Shown here: positions 40,283-52,375 of the stretch, piece by piece
Layout of the letters: every line of letters starts with the position of its first letter
Numbering within the stretch: position 1 is the stretch's first letter
Origin: Eledone cirrhosa
Taxonomy: Eukaryota
Assembly (NCBI GenBank): GCA_964016885.1
Contig: OZ024753.1
Location: 7,750,001 to 7,814,000 of the forward strand
Length of the DNA: 64,000 nucleotides
Reading direction: 5' to 3'
The notes under the pieces: model-generated
Databases searched by the model: none
The model's input: only the letters and a program-made list of their open reading frames with translations
Told to the model about the DNA's origin: nothing
Position numbers and translations under genes: made by a program

Positions 40283-40697
40283 AAGGCGGTGGATTGGCCG
40301 TATCGGTAGAGGGTCTGACGCCATGTTTTGCAGCATAGAGTTACGGCTGTTTATGATTTGAGCTCAAATCCCGCCGAGGTTAACTTTGCCTTTCATCCTT
40401 ATGGGGTCGATAAAATAAAGTACCAGTCACGCACTGGGGTCGATTTAATCGACTTTCCCCTCCCCCCAGATTTCTGGCCTTGTGCCTATATAAGAAACCA
40501 TTATATTTTCAATGTAAAGGCGGTGGATTGGCAGTATCGGTAGAGGGTCGGACGCCATGCTTTCCAGCATAGTTACGCCCCTTTACGATCTGAGTTCAAA
40601 TCCTTGACTTTGCCTTTTATCTTTACGGGGTCAATAAAATAAAGTACCAGTAATGCACTGGGTAATTGCTGGCCTTGTGCCTAAAGTAGAAACAATT
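40283..40697 (+). mobile_element. Two tandem SINE-A copies nested in TTAA MITE 40234-40871
   Basis: MITE sequence TATTTTCATGGTAAA is present on both sides of the SINE pair. Confidence 0.85.
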
Positions 40698-41269
40698 ATA
40701 TTTTCATGGTAAAAGCTTTACCTCACATAATTATCTCACATAATATCGAATCTATGAGATTTTGAAAGTATTTATTTTGAGAACAATACCTTAACATCAG
40801 TTTCAGGGCCCAGTTACAGCCAGTTTCAACAGAAAGAGGTAGAGAATTCTGGCCGGTTTGAACATTAAAGGAAGCGATGCTCTATACATGTGGAGAAATT
40901 CAAATATGTTAGGACCGTGTTCACGCCTGATAGAAGAGAGGATGCTGAATTAATTGCAAGAATTGCAGGGTCTGGTGCAGTAATGTGGCAGTTTCAGCAT
41001 TAGGTGATCACTACCGACCCTTACTTATCTCCATGAATCTTGGGTAATGACCGAAAGAATACGATCGCGAATACAAGCGACCGAAATGGGGGTACCTTCG
41101 AAGGATTTTTGGTGTAACGCTACTCGATAGATTAGATAATCACTCCAGGTAGAGCCGCTACTTCTCTGAATTGAGAGATCACAGCTCCCGATACTATGGC
41201 CATGTGGTTAGAATGTCTCAGGAAAGTATCTCTGGACAGATTCTACGGGCAAAACCAACCAACCAACCG

Positions 41270-41347
41270 ACAGGACTAGAACTGTTTCATTCCAAGGAAT
41301 GATGATTTCCTTGGAATGAAACAGTTCTAGTCCTGTAGAAGCCATTT
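41270..41347. mobile_element. Fold-back element family H2 (turn at core)
   Basis: ACAGGACTAGAACTGTTTCATTCCAAGGAA-TGATGAT-TTCCTTGGAATGAAACAGTTCTAGTCCTGT. Confidence 0.75.
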
Positions 41348-41938
41348 ATCCCCCCCCCCTCTCTCTCTGTATGTATATATATACACGCAGTACTAAAAAG
41401 AAAGTAAGCAACTAGAAGGATGAGGAGCGTTTATTATAATAGACGTGTTTGATCAACGCTGACCTGGGACTAAACCACAAAAGTGTCAATCGAAGTATAC
41501 ATAGAAATTAAAAAGTGTTTGTCGTACGGAAATTAACAGTTTGATTTTTCTTTGAAGTAGTAGATCAAATATTACCGGTTTAAAAACCTTTCCCTGTTTA
41601 GTTATGTCTCTCTTTGTTTGGTTTTGAAAGGTAACCTCACTCTTGTTTACTTTATCTTCCATCCTCCGGGTATATAAATATCAAACATGTACTAGAATCG
41701 ATTTAATCAACTGTACGACATCACAGTACGTTCGATCAGCATAACGGAAGAATGAAAGGCGAAGCGAACTTAACTTCGTATTAATATGAAAGTCAGAACG
41801 TAAATGGATGAAGCAAAATACATTCAAGAATTATTTTATCCAGCACTACATGAGAAATGAGTCAATTAATGAAGATTTTTCGTAATCGCTAAATCTGACA
41901 GAAATAGTAAAATTATTCCTTTTAAAATACAAAAGACA

Positions 41939-41988
<50 letters not shown>

Positions 41989-42130
41989 TCCTATTAATGA
42001 CGTATTATTCGTTTTTTCCCGTTCTTTGCCAGCGAACGTTTTCCACGAACCAAACTATCGTCTTCCTGACTTCCTCCGGTTGCAACGTTTTTTGAAATAT
42101 CCATTTCTGCGTTTACAGATTGACTTTGTT

Positions 42131-42181
42131 AGTTTCAGAAGATCCCGTTAAGGGTGAAAGCAGCGATTCTTTGCTGAAACT
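42131..42181 (+). ncRNA. Degenerate hammerhead motif
   Basis: AGTTT-CAGAAGA-T-CCC GTTAA GGG-T-GAAA-GCAG CGATTCT TTGC-TG-AAACT. All stems pair; U4>A and a non-cleavable G at the H17 position. Confidence 0.55.
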
Positions 42182-42246
42182 TTAATCTGTTATTTTAATA
42201 AATATATATATATATATATATATAATATTATTAACCATTTTTATGT

Positions 42247-42428
42247 ATTGGCAGTATCGGTAGAGGATCGGACGCCATGATTTCCAGCCTAGAGTTACGT
42301 CCCTTTATGATCTGAGTTCAAATCCCGTCGAGGTTAACTTTGCCTTTCACCCTTACGGGGTCGATAAAATAAAGTACCAGTAATACACTGGTATAATTGC
42401 TGGCCTTGTGCCAAAGGTAGAAACAATT
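42247..42428 (+). mobile_element. SINE family A
   Basis: Diagnostic motifs as above. Confidence 0.9.
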
Positions 42429-42533
42429 ATAATATTACACTCTGTCTAGCTCTACACCTCGAGACTGACGTGAACCTAAACGTCGAGTGCTCATCCGGGT
42501 GAACCTACAGTAACTCCGCGTTACACACCAGGG

Positions 42534-42564
<31 letters not shown>

Positions 42565-42569
42565 ATATG

Positions 42570-43030
42570 CCAAAGTTCTATTTAAATTGTTGGGATACAA
42601 CAAGCAAATATTTTTATAACTGATATAAAGCACTCAACAAGTATTTGGAGTAAACATACGATATTAACAAATGGAAGCTATATTTATAAAACCATATTTA
42701 TTTCATTATATATATTTCAAGGACACCAAGTTAAATTATGGTGTGCTTTCATCAGACAAAATATAATATAGATCACTTTTATAAATAAATATTGACATAC
42801 CCTTAAAGAAAGCAACCATTACTGTTGGAAGCTCCCGGATAGTCTATCCGGGGGCTTCCAACAGTAATGGTTGCATTTTTTAAGGGTATGTCAATATTTA
42901 TTTATAAAACTGATCTATATTATATTTTGTCTGATGAAAGCACACCATAATTTAACTTGGTGTCCTTGAAATATATATAATGAAATAAATATGGTTTTAT
43001 AAATATAGTTTCCATTTGTTAATATCGTAT
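42570..43030. mobile_element. Fold-back element family H3: 375-bp palindrome (42656-43030) with hammerheads on both strands (42924-42986 +, 42700-42762 -)
   Basis: ATTTTGT-CTGATGA-AAG C ACACCA[loop]TGGTGT C CTT-GAAA-TATATA-TA-ATGAAAT; centre GGATAG-T-CTATCC. Partial relatives at 12725-12792, 18275-18360, 23340-23480. Confidence 0.88.
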
Positions 43031-43044
43031 ATATATATATATTT

Positions 43045-43506
43045 CGTTTCTGAATTTGTTTAGCAAGATTCTTTATCTGAAATCGTGTGTTGAAACCGAT
43101 ATTGTTATACTTTGTTATACTTTGTTATACAACCAACCAACAATAAATAAATAAATAAATAAATAAATAAACAAATAGATAAATGAACACAAACACACAC
43201 AGACACCCGGATGTGGCGCATGCGCAAACTGAGCACACAACACACACACAGAAACAAAATGGCGTAGGATAGAAGAAAGGAAAGGCACAGAAACAAAGGA
43301 AAGGAATCCCCAGTCACTGAAGAGGTCACAGAGTGTGTGACGAAAGGACTATGACTATATATAAACAACTATCTGGTTGTGGAACCAACCAACCAACCAG
43401 AAATTTATAAGTTTGTAAATTTATAAATATATAATAAATTGAAGTGAAAGCAACTGGTGCGTGTGTTTCTTATTGGCAGCATGACCCTCCCAAAGTATAA
43501 CAATAT
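43045..43506 (+). mobile_element. Family H4 element with minimal hammerhead at 43312-43356 and inverted terminal segment
   Basis: AGTCA-CTGAAGA-G-GTCACA GAGTG TGTGAC-GAAA-GGAC-TA-TGACT. ATATTGTTATACTTTG (43099) is the reverse complement of CAAAGTATAACAATAT (43490). Confidence 0.75.
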
Positions 43507-43602
43507 ATATATATATATATAGGCCCTGTTATTTTTCTCTAAAAACATTTTTTCCTGATTACACTCCGCCCGTCCATTCAATCTTTCAAATTTCTCAGTA
43601 TT

Positions 43603-43638
43603 TCTTCTGATGAAGGACTGGCGTCGTAACCGTTAAGA
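43603..43638 (+). ncRNA. Degenerate minimal hammerhead (GAAA>GTAA)
   Basis: TCTT-CTGATGA-AG-GAC TGGC GTC-GTAA-CCG-TT-AAGA. Confidence 0.45.
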
Positions 43639-46039
43639 CCATCTTACTGCTATTTCAAGCGTTAACCTAATATATTCCTTCCATATACTGTACCGATTGT
43701 GTTATTTCTGTTTACCTTTTTTACACACACACACACACGAACACGAACACTTCCCCCTCGTTATCGAGTATGGCCATTGCACGATATACCATTATTAATA
43801 ATTATTAATTAATTCTATCGTGCAATGCCTGTGCGTGAAGATATTTTTTAAAGCGAGGAAAGACTGTGCACTGAGCCAATACCACTCTCTGAGCGACAGT
43901 AGCTATAACCCGAAAAGAAGAAAAGATCAGCATCATCGGTAACTACTGAGCCGCAGGTTTTATATCGGAGTTAACCCAGTTTCCTGAGTTACCTTCTCCT
44001 AGAAGAATGCCCTGACAAACGCTAGGGGTCCTTCACTCCCAGTGGTTTAACCACGCGATCGGGTATCCAGCCCGACTATTTCTATATCCCCGCGCTTATA
44101 CATACACATGCACCCATGTATATACACATATACATACATATATACATGTGTATATGCATATTCACACACTTTTGGATGGCCGTTGACTCTTCTGAGTTCT
44201 TCCGCCCTTTGTCAGGTTTTGTTCTTTGTCCTGCAGGGTGTCCAATATCCCCCTCCTCACCAAGTAAACTTGGGGTTGCCGGTTTAGTCGCCGACGACCC
44301 GACCATGCGACAGGTTGTACTGGGTTACATGTTACCAGTAGCACTCAAGAGTGACCCGACATAGATGCATACATACATACATACATACATACATGCATGC
44401 GTACATTATATATATATATATATAATCATCATCGTTTAACGTCCATCTTCCACGCTAGCATGGGTTAGACGGTTTTGTTCCACTTGATGCGGAATTGGTC
44501 TGGAGACCGTGTCTCGCTCGTACGGAAGTTCTCTCGCAGGTTTTCTACGGCTGGATGCCCTTCCTAACACCAACCATATTTACAGTGTGGACTGGGAACA
44601 TTGTGTGGGGCGGGGGTGTATATTGGGTTAGGAGGTGCCTACTCATTGTAGTTTTGTATGCAAGGGAATCGGGTAATCGGGTTTCTGTACAACTGCATGG
44701 CGCCAAAGATCTCCATCCAGTGACATTGTCTTTGAGAGAGAGAGAGAGAGGGCATGACCTCAAATGATGGAGACCCATCTTTTCCCGTTAAGTATGTTAA
44801 TACGTCTCGTTATTCAGACTGTTCAATCAAATGTTACGACGAAGCCTTCTATTTTAATTTCAATCTTGGCTCACTGCATTTTAAACATACTTCCATGTAT
44901 ATCTATGTAACAGTAATTTGATACTCTCTGTATTAGTTTCATTTGGTTTATTAAGCAGCCACCAACCGACACAGTAGAGCTATTGCTCTTTATCTCGAGT
45001 TGGCGCCACTGGTCTGGAAAGACTGGTGGACTTGGTGTTAAATGAGACAATTTTTTTTCTCTAATTCATTCCACTCTGGTTTCTCGGAAGACGAGGACAT
45101 ACTTCGAGTTGCTCAAGCAGTAGAGATGTAGCGTCTAGCCAAACACTCCAACCCAGTCGACAGGGCTGGACTACTTCGACAAAGATTAGTTCATGCATCT
45201 TGTGAGATCACTACTAACTTCACGCAAACCAACATAACACATAATTCACTCGGTTCTTTGTTGTTTTATCGACAATAGCTTCAAATAATTCATGGCATTA
45301 GTTAAATTTTATGGTACTAATAGTTTCATAGGATGATCTATTGTTGGCACATATAGCGTCTCTAAATCTTTATTCATATACGAAGCTGTGTTCCTGGGAC
45401 TGACTTATTCAATGAGAGTTGCAAACGAATTAAAATGTTGAAAAGATAGGAATATACTGTAAATATATATATGTATATATATATATATATATTCACACAC
45501 ATGCTCATGCACACGTGTGTGTATATATATATAAAATATATATGAGCGCATATCCTTTTGCATGTGTGAGAGGGATGGGATAGTTGGTTGGGGGGAGGCG
45601 GGAAACAGCGGGGGGGGGGGGTAGGAACTGTGGGGGGAGATTTACAGATATATAGACAGACAAGGGGAGGGATAGATAAGTGGTGTAGTGAGAGATGAGA
45701 GTGTGAAAGATATATAAAAAAGAAAAAAAAAAGATTTTCTCTGAGAAAGATATACTGAATAAAAAGAGGAGGATATGTTGAAAGTAGTCTAGAGAGGGTA
45801 TAGGACTTAGAGAGAGAGAAAGGAGGGTGGTGGTGGTGGTGGTGGTGGAGTGGTCTGAGAAAGGAGATATATTGAATGAAAAGTGGGTGTTGGGGGCTGA
45901 CATGCAAGGATATAGAATGGGGACTGGGTGTAGAGTGAGACAGTGATTTAAATGGAAAGTAGAGAAAAATAATAGGAAAATGATTTATGAAGGTTGTACG
46001 TAATTGTTTTAAGGCACCTACACAACCACAACTACTCAG

Positions 46040-46072
<33 letters not shown>

Positions 46073-46076
46073 CACG

Positions 46077-46107
<31 letters not shown>

Positions 46108-46299
46108 GAACGCATTCACACAAACATATATATATATTTATATGTATATACACATATACAGAGCTTAATTGTTTTCAGACAACTACAACTACACATATAC
46201 ATACATACATATATGCACATACATACTTACGTACATACATATACACACGCATAAAGCAAGTTACAATAGTCTGGTTTAAATGGCCGTAGAAATAGCTTC

Positions 46300-46333
<34 letters not shown>

Positions 46334-46424
46334 TTACACATACTACACACACACACATACACACACGTATACATAACTCAGACTGTTATTTATCAGTTGT
46401 TATACACACACACACACACACACG

Positions 46425-46470
<46 letters not shown>

Positions 46471-46502
46471 TATTTATATATACATATATTTGTGTGTGTG
46501 TA

Positions 46503-46582
<80 letters not shown>

Positions 46583-46657
46583 CTCACATATATTTATATA
46601 TACATATGTGTTTATTCTTATGTATATATATATAGAGAGAGCTAGATACTCATTTAT

Positions 46658-46702
<45 letters not shown>

Positions 46703-46706
46703 TACA

Positions 46707-46745
<39 letters not shown>

Positions 46746-47344
46746 GAACAACACTCTGGTTACTAGGATGGTGGAAGGAACTGTAAATATATCACCAGAG
46801 AAACATTATTTTTGCCAAAATCAACAAATGGTGGGTGGCAAGGGGAGATAACAAAAAAACAAACATGTTTCTAAAGGTGAGGGCAGACATTACAGTGGTT
46901 TGTTATTTAGTTGATTTATTTTGATTTTACTTGTACTTACACATGCACACGCATATAGACACACACAAACATATATAAACACACACACACACACATAGAC
47001 ACACACACACACACATATAGACACACACACACACACACACACATAGACACACAAACACATATATATAGACACACACATACATGTATACATACTCACAAAC
47101 ATATATACATACACATACATATATACATACACATACATATAATCACACACACACACATATATATGCATACTCAGACACACACACACACACACACACACAA
47201 ACATATACACATACATATATATATATAGACACACATGTGTATATATACACATACATACATATAGATATATATATACATACTCATAGACACACATATATAT
47301 ATATATAAACAATAGATGAACAAAACAATTAATATGAAATTTAG

Positions 47345-47850
47345 GTGTTTGGTGGTGGTGGTGGTGGTGGTGAAGGAGGTGGTGGTGGTGTTAATGGTGG
47401 TGGAGGAGGTGGTGGTGGTGGTGTTGATGGTGGAAAAGGTGCTGGTGGTGTTGATGGGGGAGGTGGTGGTGTTGATGGTGAAGGCGGTGGTGGTGGTGTT
47501 AATGGTGAACGGGGGGGGTTGAATGGTGGAGGTTGTGGTGGTGTTGATGGTGAAGGAGGTGGTGGTGGTGTTAAAGGTGAACGGGGGGGGGGAGTTGAAT
47601 GGTGGAAGTTGTGGTGGTGTTGATGGTGAAGGAGGTGGTACTGGTGAAGGTCGTGGTGGTGGTGGTAGTTGCAGTGGTGGTGTTGGTGCTTGTGGTGGTG
47701 GTCCTAGTCATAATGGTAGTGGTGGTGCTGCTGGTAGTAGTCGTATTGGTAGTGGTGGTGGTGGTTGTAGTAGTCATATTGGTAGTGCTGCTGCTGGTAG
47801 TAGTAGTCATATTGGTCGTAGTGGTGGTGGTGGTGGTGGTTGTAGTGTTG
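47345..47850. repeat. (GGT)n-rich low-complexity tract
   Basis: Direct inspection; spurious poly-G/V/T ORFs. Confidence 0.9.
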
Positions 47851-47856
47851 TTTGTT

Positions 47857-48170
47857 GGAGGCACATGGCTTAGTGGTTAGAGCATTGGCCTTGCAATCGA
47901 AAGGTTGTGAGTTCAATTCTCAGACTGGGTGATGTGTTGTTTCCTTGAGCAAGACACTTTATTTCACATTGCTCCAGTTTACTCAGCTGTAGAAATGAGA
48001 TGATAGGACTGGGGTCCCTATCATTCCACTGCAAAGTGGACGTGGAGGTGCCACGGCAAAAATGCACCCAGCACTCACTGTAAATGAGGTTGGTGTTAGG
48101 AAGGGCATCCAGCTGTCCCACCCTTGCAAGCAGGGAAAGGTAGATGTGATGAAATGATGATGAATGATGA
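47857..48170 (+). mobile_element. SINE family B (full head)
   Basis: A box TGGCTTAGTGG 47866-47876, B box GAGTTCAATTC ~47909. Confidence 0.9.
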
Positions 48171-48444
48171 GTGTTGATTAATAACCATCATTGAAAGCCA
48201 TAACTATCTTTACTTTCTCTTGAGGATTGCATTACTAAAATTTCATTATCTCCCTCCTTTTTTAAAACAGGTGTAATTTGAGGGAGATTTCACTGCTATT
48301 TCCAGCAGATCAAGTTAACAGGATGAAGCTGGTCCTTCACCCTCTTTCTCTCTCTCTCTGTGCTCTCCTACCTTCTCATACACATAATTGGTATCCCACA
48401 AAGTGCATAGAGCCTAGTGGTATGGGTATTAAACTAACAATCAG

Positions 48445-48615
48445 AATTGTTTCTACTTTAGGCACAAGGCCAGCAAATACCCAGTACATTACTGGTACTT
48501 TATTTTATCGACCCCCGTAAGGATGAAAGGCAAAGCTAACCTCGGCGGGATTTGAACTCAAACCGTAAAGGGACGTAACTATGCATGGCGTCCAACCCTC
48601 TACCGATACTGCCAA
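48445..48615 (-). mobile_element. SINE family A
   Basis: Reverse complement of the consensus. Confidence 0.88.
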
Positions 48616-49534
48616 TGTCGGGGGTTTAACCCTTTAGCATTTACAATAATCTATATATACTTTGCCTTTTATCCTTATGGGGTCGATAAAATAAAGTACC
48701 AGTAATGCACTGGGATAATTGCTGACCTAATTATTCTACATTTACTATTGTATTTTTATGGTAAAAACATTACCTCACATAATTATCTCACATAATATCG
48801 AATCTATGAGATTTTGATATTACTTATTTTGAGAACAATACCTTAACATCAGTATGAGCAGCCGGTTACAGCCAGTTTGAACAGAACAACAGAAAGATGT
48901 GAGAGGATTCTGGCCAGATACAGCCGGTTTAAATGCTAAAGGGTTTTATTCCTGGACTGGGTTGTTTGTTGGGTTCTTGAGCAAAAAACACTTAATTTTC
49001 TTCATTTGACGCTGCTCCCATATACTCAGCTGAAAATAAGTATCAAGTGCCCCAGCATGGCATCAGCCAGATGACTGTAACAGGTCACAAAAGAGTAGCT
49101 GAGGATTTAACTGTGCAATGGACTGCTCTCTTGTCCAGTGGGTAGTTTTGTACTCTCAGTCACTTAACAACATAGAAACCGGGAAAAGCACTGATCTGAT
49201 GATCTTCCGTGCTGAGACAAACTTTTTTTTTTATCCTTAAACTTTACACATTTCAAATACATAGGGTAGCAGTTATTTTATTTGATCTTCAATCATATAC
49301 CCTCACTGGTGAAATTATATGTTCTATTTTCTCCAAGCCTCCATCCACCCCCAAAATTACTCGGGGTGGTGTGGAGGAGATATTTGGTTCTATAATCCTA
49401 TTACATCTATTTATATCTAACATATATATATATATATACATATCATCATCATCATCATCATACATCCACTTTTCCCTGCTTGCAGGTATATGTATATATG
49501 TATGTATGTATGTGTGTGTGTGTATATATATATA

Positions 49535-49717
49535 TAACGAAGGAAGTGTGGTTAAGAACCAGGTGGACCATAACGCACCAAAGTACTCAATATTTAGGGT
49601 AGTAGGAAAATGTTCAAGACCCCGACGGCAGAGCTCAAGCCGTTTCGACAGCTATATCTGGATGGAAATAGCTGTCGAAATGGTTCGAGCTCTGACCGCC
49701 GGGGCCTTGAACATTTT

Positions 49718-49722
<5 letters not shown>
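49535..49722. mobile_element. Fold-back element family H1
   Basis: Arms TAGGAAAATGTTCAAG..CCCCG...TTTCGACAGCTAT / ATAGCTGTCGAAA...CGGGG.CTTGAACATTTTCCTA. Confidence 0.8.
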
Positions 49723-49767
<45 letters not shown>

Positions 49768-49973
49768 TATAAATAAATGCATATATATATGTATATTTAG
49801 GCATATATGTGTGTATATATATTTATATATATTATATATAAATATAAATACATATATGTGTGTATATATATTTATATATATTATATGAAAATATAAATAC
49901 ATATATGTTAGGTATATATATATGTGTGTGTATATATATTTATATATATTATATATAAATATAAATACATATA

Positions 49974-51014
49974 TGGGTACACAAGAGATGTAGCGGGATC
50001 TCAGGAAGCTTAATTAAGAATGTAGGATTCACATGCAGCAGCTGTGCTGAAACAGCAAGCAAACAGCCACAGGAAACAAGTACCACCAATCTCTGGGAGG
50101 GCCCTGTAGAAACAGTAGACAGCTTCTGCTACCTAGGTGACCGAATTAGCAACGGAGGTGGGTGCTCAGAAAGTACAATAACTAGGGTAAGAACGGGATG
50201 GAAGAAGTTTAGGGAACTACTACCACTGCTAGCTGCAAAAGGCTTCTCCCTCAGAATGAAAGGCAGACTGTATGATGCGTGTATCCGAACAGCGATGTTG
50301 CATGGTAGTGAGACCTGGGCGCTGAAGGTGGAAGACTTACGTAGATTAGAGAGAAACGAAGCCTGCATGCTCCGATGGATGTGTAACAGTAATATACGTG
50401 AACGACAAAGCATAAATGAATTGAGAGAGAGACTGAGCATAAGAGGAATCAAATGCTGCGTGCAGGAGAGGCGGTTACGCTGGTATGGACATGTGATGCG
50501 TATGAAGGATGACAGCTGCATAAAAAGGTGCAGAGCACTAGAAGTTGATGGAAACCGCGGAGTGGGGAGACCCAAGATGACTTGGGATGAGGTGATAAAA
50601 GCCGACCTTACCCAACTACACCTCTCAAAGTCAATGACACACGACCGTGACTTCTGGCGTCACGCAGTAATACAGGGTACCCGACCTCCCATGGGTACAT
50701 GCTGAAGCATATAAACAATATGCCCCCCCCCCCCCACCACAAGGTGGTCGTGGAGGTGCCACGGCAAAAAAGCACCCAGCCCACACTGTAAAGTGGACGG
50801 ACGTGTAGGCGCCACGAAAAAGCACCCAGCACTCACTGTAAATGAGGTTGGTGTTAGGAAGGGCATCCAGCTGTAGAAATCAAGCCAGATCAGTTCCTGT
50901 ATGAGCAAGGCATGGTCAGCCGACCAGACACTGCCCACAACAGGACAACCCGTCTAACCCATGCTAGCGTGGAAGAACGGACGTAAAACGGTGATGATGA
51001 TGATGATGATGATG
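49974..51014 (+). mobile_element. Young 5'-truncated RTE LINE; frame open 49974-50705
   Basis: [24 protein letters not shown]...VDSFCYLGD...GWKKFRELLPLL...MLHGSETW...RLRWYGHV...GRPKMTW with no stops; 3' UTR; (GAT)n tail. Confidence 0.95.
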
Positions 51015-52076
51015 TTAGGTATATATATATATATATATAAATACATATATGTCAGGTATATATATATATATGTGTGTATATATATTTATTTATATTATAT
51101 GAAAATATAAATACATATATGTTTGGTATATATATATATATATGTGTGTGTATATATATTTATATATATTATATATAAATATAAATACATATATGTTAGG
51201 TATATATATATATGTGTGTATATATATTTATATATATTATATGAAAATATAAATACATATATGTTAGGTATATATATATATGTGTGTATATATATTTATA
51301 TATATTATATATAAATATTAATACATATATGTTAGGTATATATATGTGTGTATATATATTTATATATATTATATGAAAATATAAATACATATATGTTAGG
51401 TATATATATATATATTATTATTTACTTCCATTGTTAAACTTTTGTATCTGGTTGCAAATGTTTTAAGAGAATTCTCTGCTTTTATTTCATTTTATGGAGA
51501 CAACTAAAACATTATATATTACAGGTCACCTGGAAAGGTTGACATTTTCAAATACCAACTGCAGACATTGTCAGTAGGCAAAGAGTGTAAAACAAAAAAA
51601 ATGTTACCACAATATAGTTTTTATATGTTTAGTGATCTAGCACTTATTTCTATACAGACTCATCATATGGCCTTTATATTCTATTTCAATAGTAATCAAT
51701 TTTTAGGTGTTTATATTGTCATGGTAAAGGTGTGTGGCTGAGTGGTTAGAGAATTGCATTCACAATCGTGAGGTTGTGCGTTTGAATCTTGGAATCTTGG
51801 ACTGAAACAAATGCTTTCTAGGCCAGCTTTCGGATTGACGAGTGTCTTGTGAATGAAGTTTAGCAGACTGAAATTACAGAAGTCTGTCGCTCGTCATGTA
51901 TGTATTTTAACCTGTATTTTTGATTTTTTATTGTACCTTTTAATATGAATGTAATCTCGAAGTGTGTACTGCCACTCTAAATTCTGTAATGAATGTTGAC
52001 CCACAATATTTGCATATGTATCGGTATGTCTCTTGTCTGAAAAGGAGGTCATATAACTGTCCATTCATTAATAAAT

Positions 52077-52123
52077 TGCTCTGAAGAATCCAAGCCTCGG
52101 TTTGGAGGAAACAGCTGTAAGCA
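52077..52123 (+). ncRNA. Minimal type-I hammerhead ribozyme, intact core
   Basis: TGCT-CTGAAGA-A-TCCAAGC CTCG GTTTGGA-G-GAAA-C AGCT G-TA-AGCA; palindromic AGCT loop, GTA site. Confidence 0.8.
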
Positions 52124-52199
52124 CAATAATGTTCTGAACAGTTCTTTGATTCTTATATTTCATATATTTCATGTATGAATATATATATATTTATATATT

Positions 52200-52375
52200 C
52201 CTATCCAGGAAGCTTCAACCTTTATGGTTGTCTTTTTTCCGGGTATGTCAATATTTATTTATAAAACAAATCTGTATTTTATCTGATGAAAGCGCACCAT
52301 AATTTTCCTTGGTTGCCCTTGAAATATATATAATAAAATAATTATGGTTTTTTAAATATAGTTTCCATTTATTAA
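52200..52375 (+). mobile_element. Family H3 single arm with hammerhead at 52275-52340
   Basis: TATTTTAT-CTGATGA-AAG..CTT-GAAA-TATATA-TA-ATAAAATA (perfect 8-bp stem I). Confidence 0.8.

Larger units (their letters stand above)
39555..41260 (+). mobile_element. Decayed RTE LINE RT region split by nested insertions
   Basis: VPRDLLW.FLQE; VRIGGAKSKPFNVGVGLRQGCVLSSLLFVIF; RLEFADDMV; VEKFKY; HESWVMTERIRSRIQATEM; YYGHVVRM. Confidence 0.85.

Noticed and set aside
47316-47880. Glycine-rich protein ORFs
   Set aside because: (GGT)n low-complexity tract open in several frames and running into a SINE.
47857-47930. SINE heads as genuine tRNA genes
   Set aside because: A and B boxes are present but there is no acceptor stem, and they continue into a SINE body and tail.
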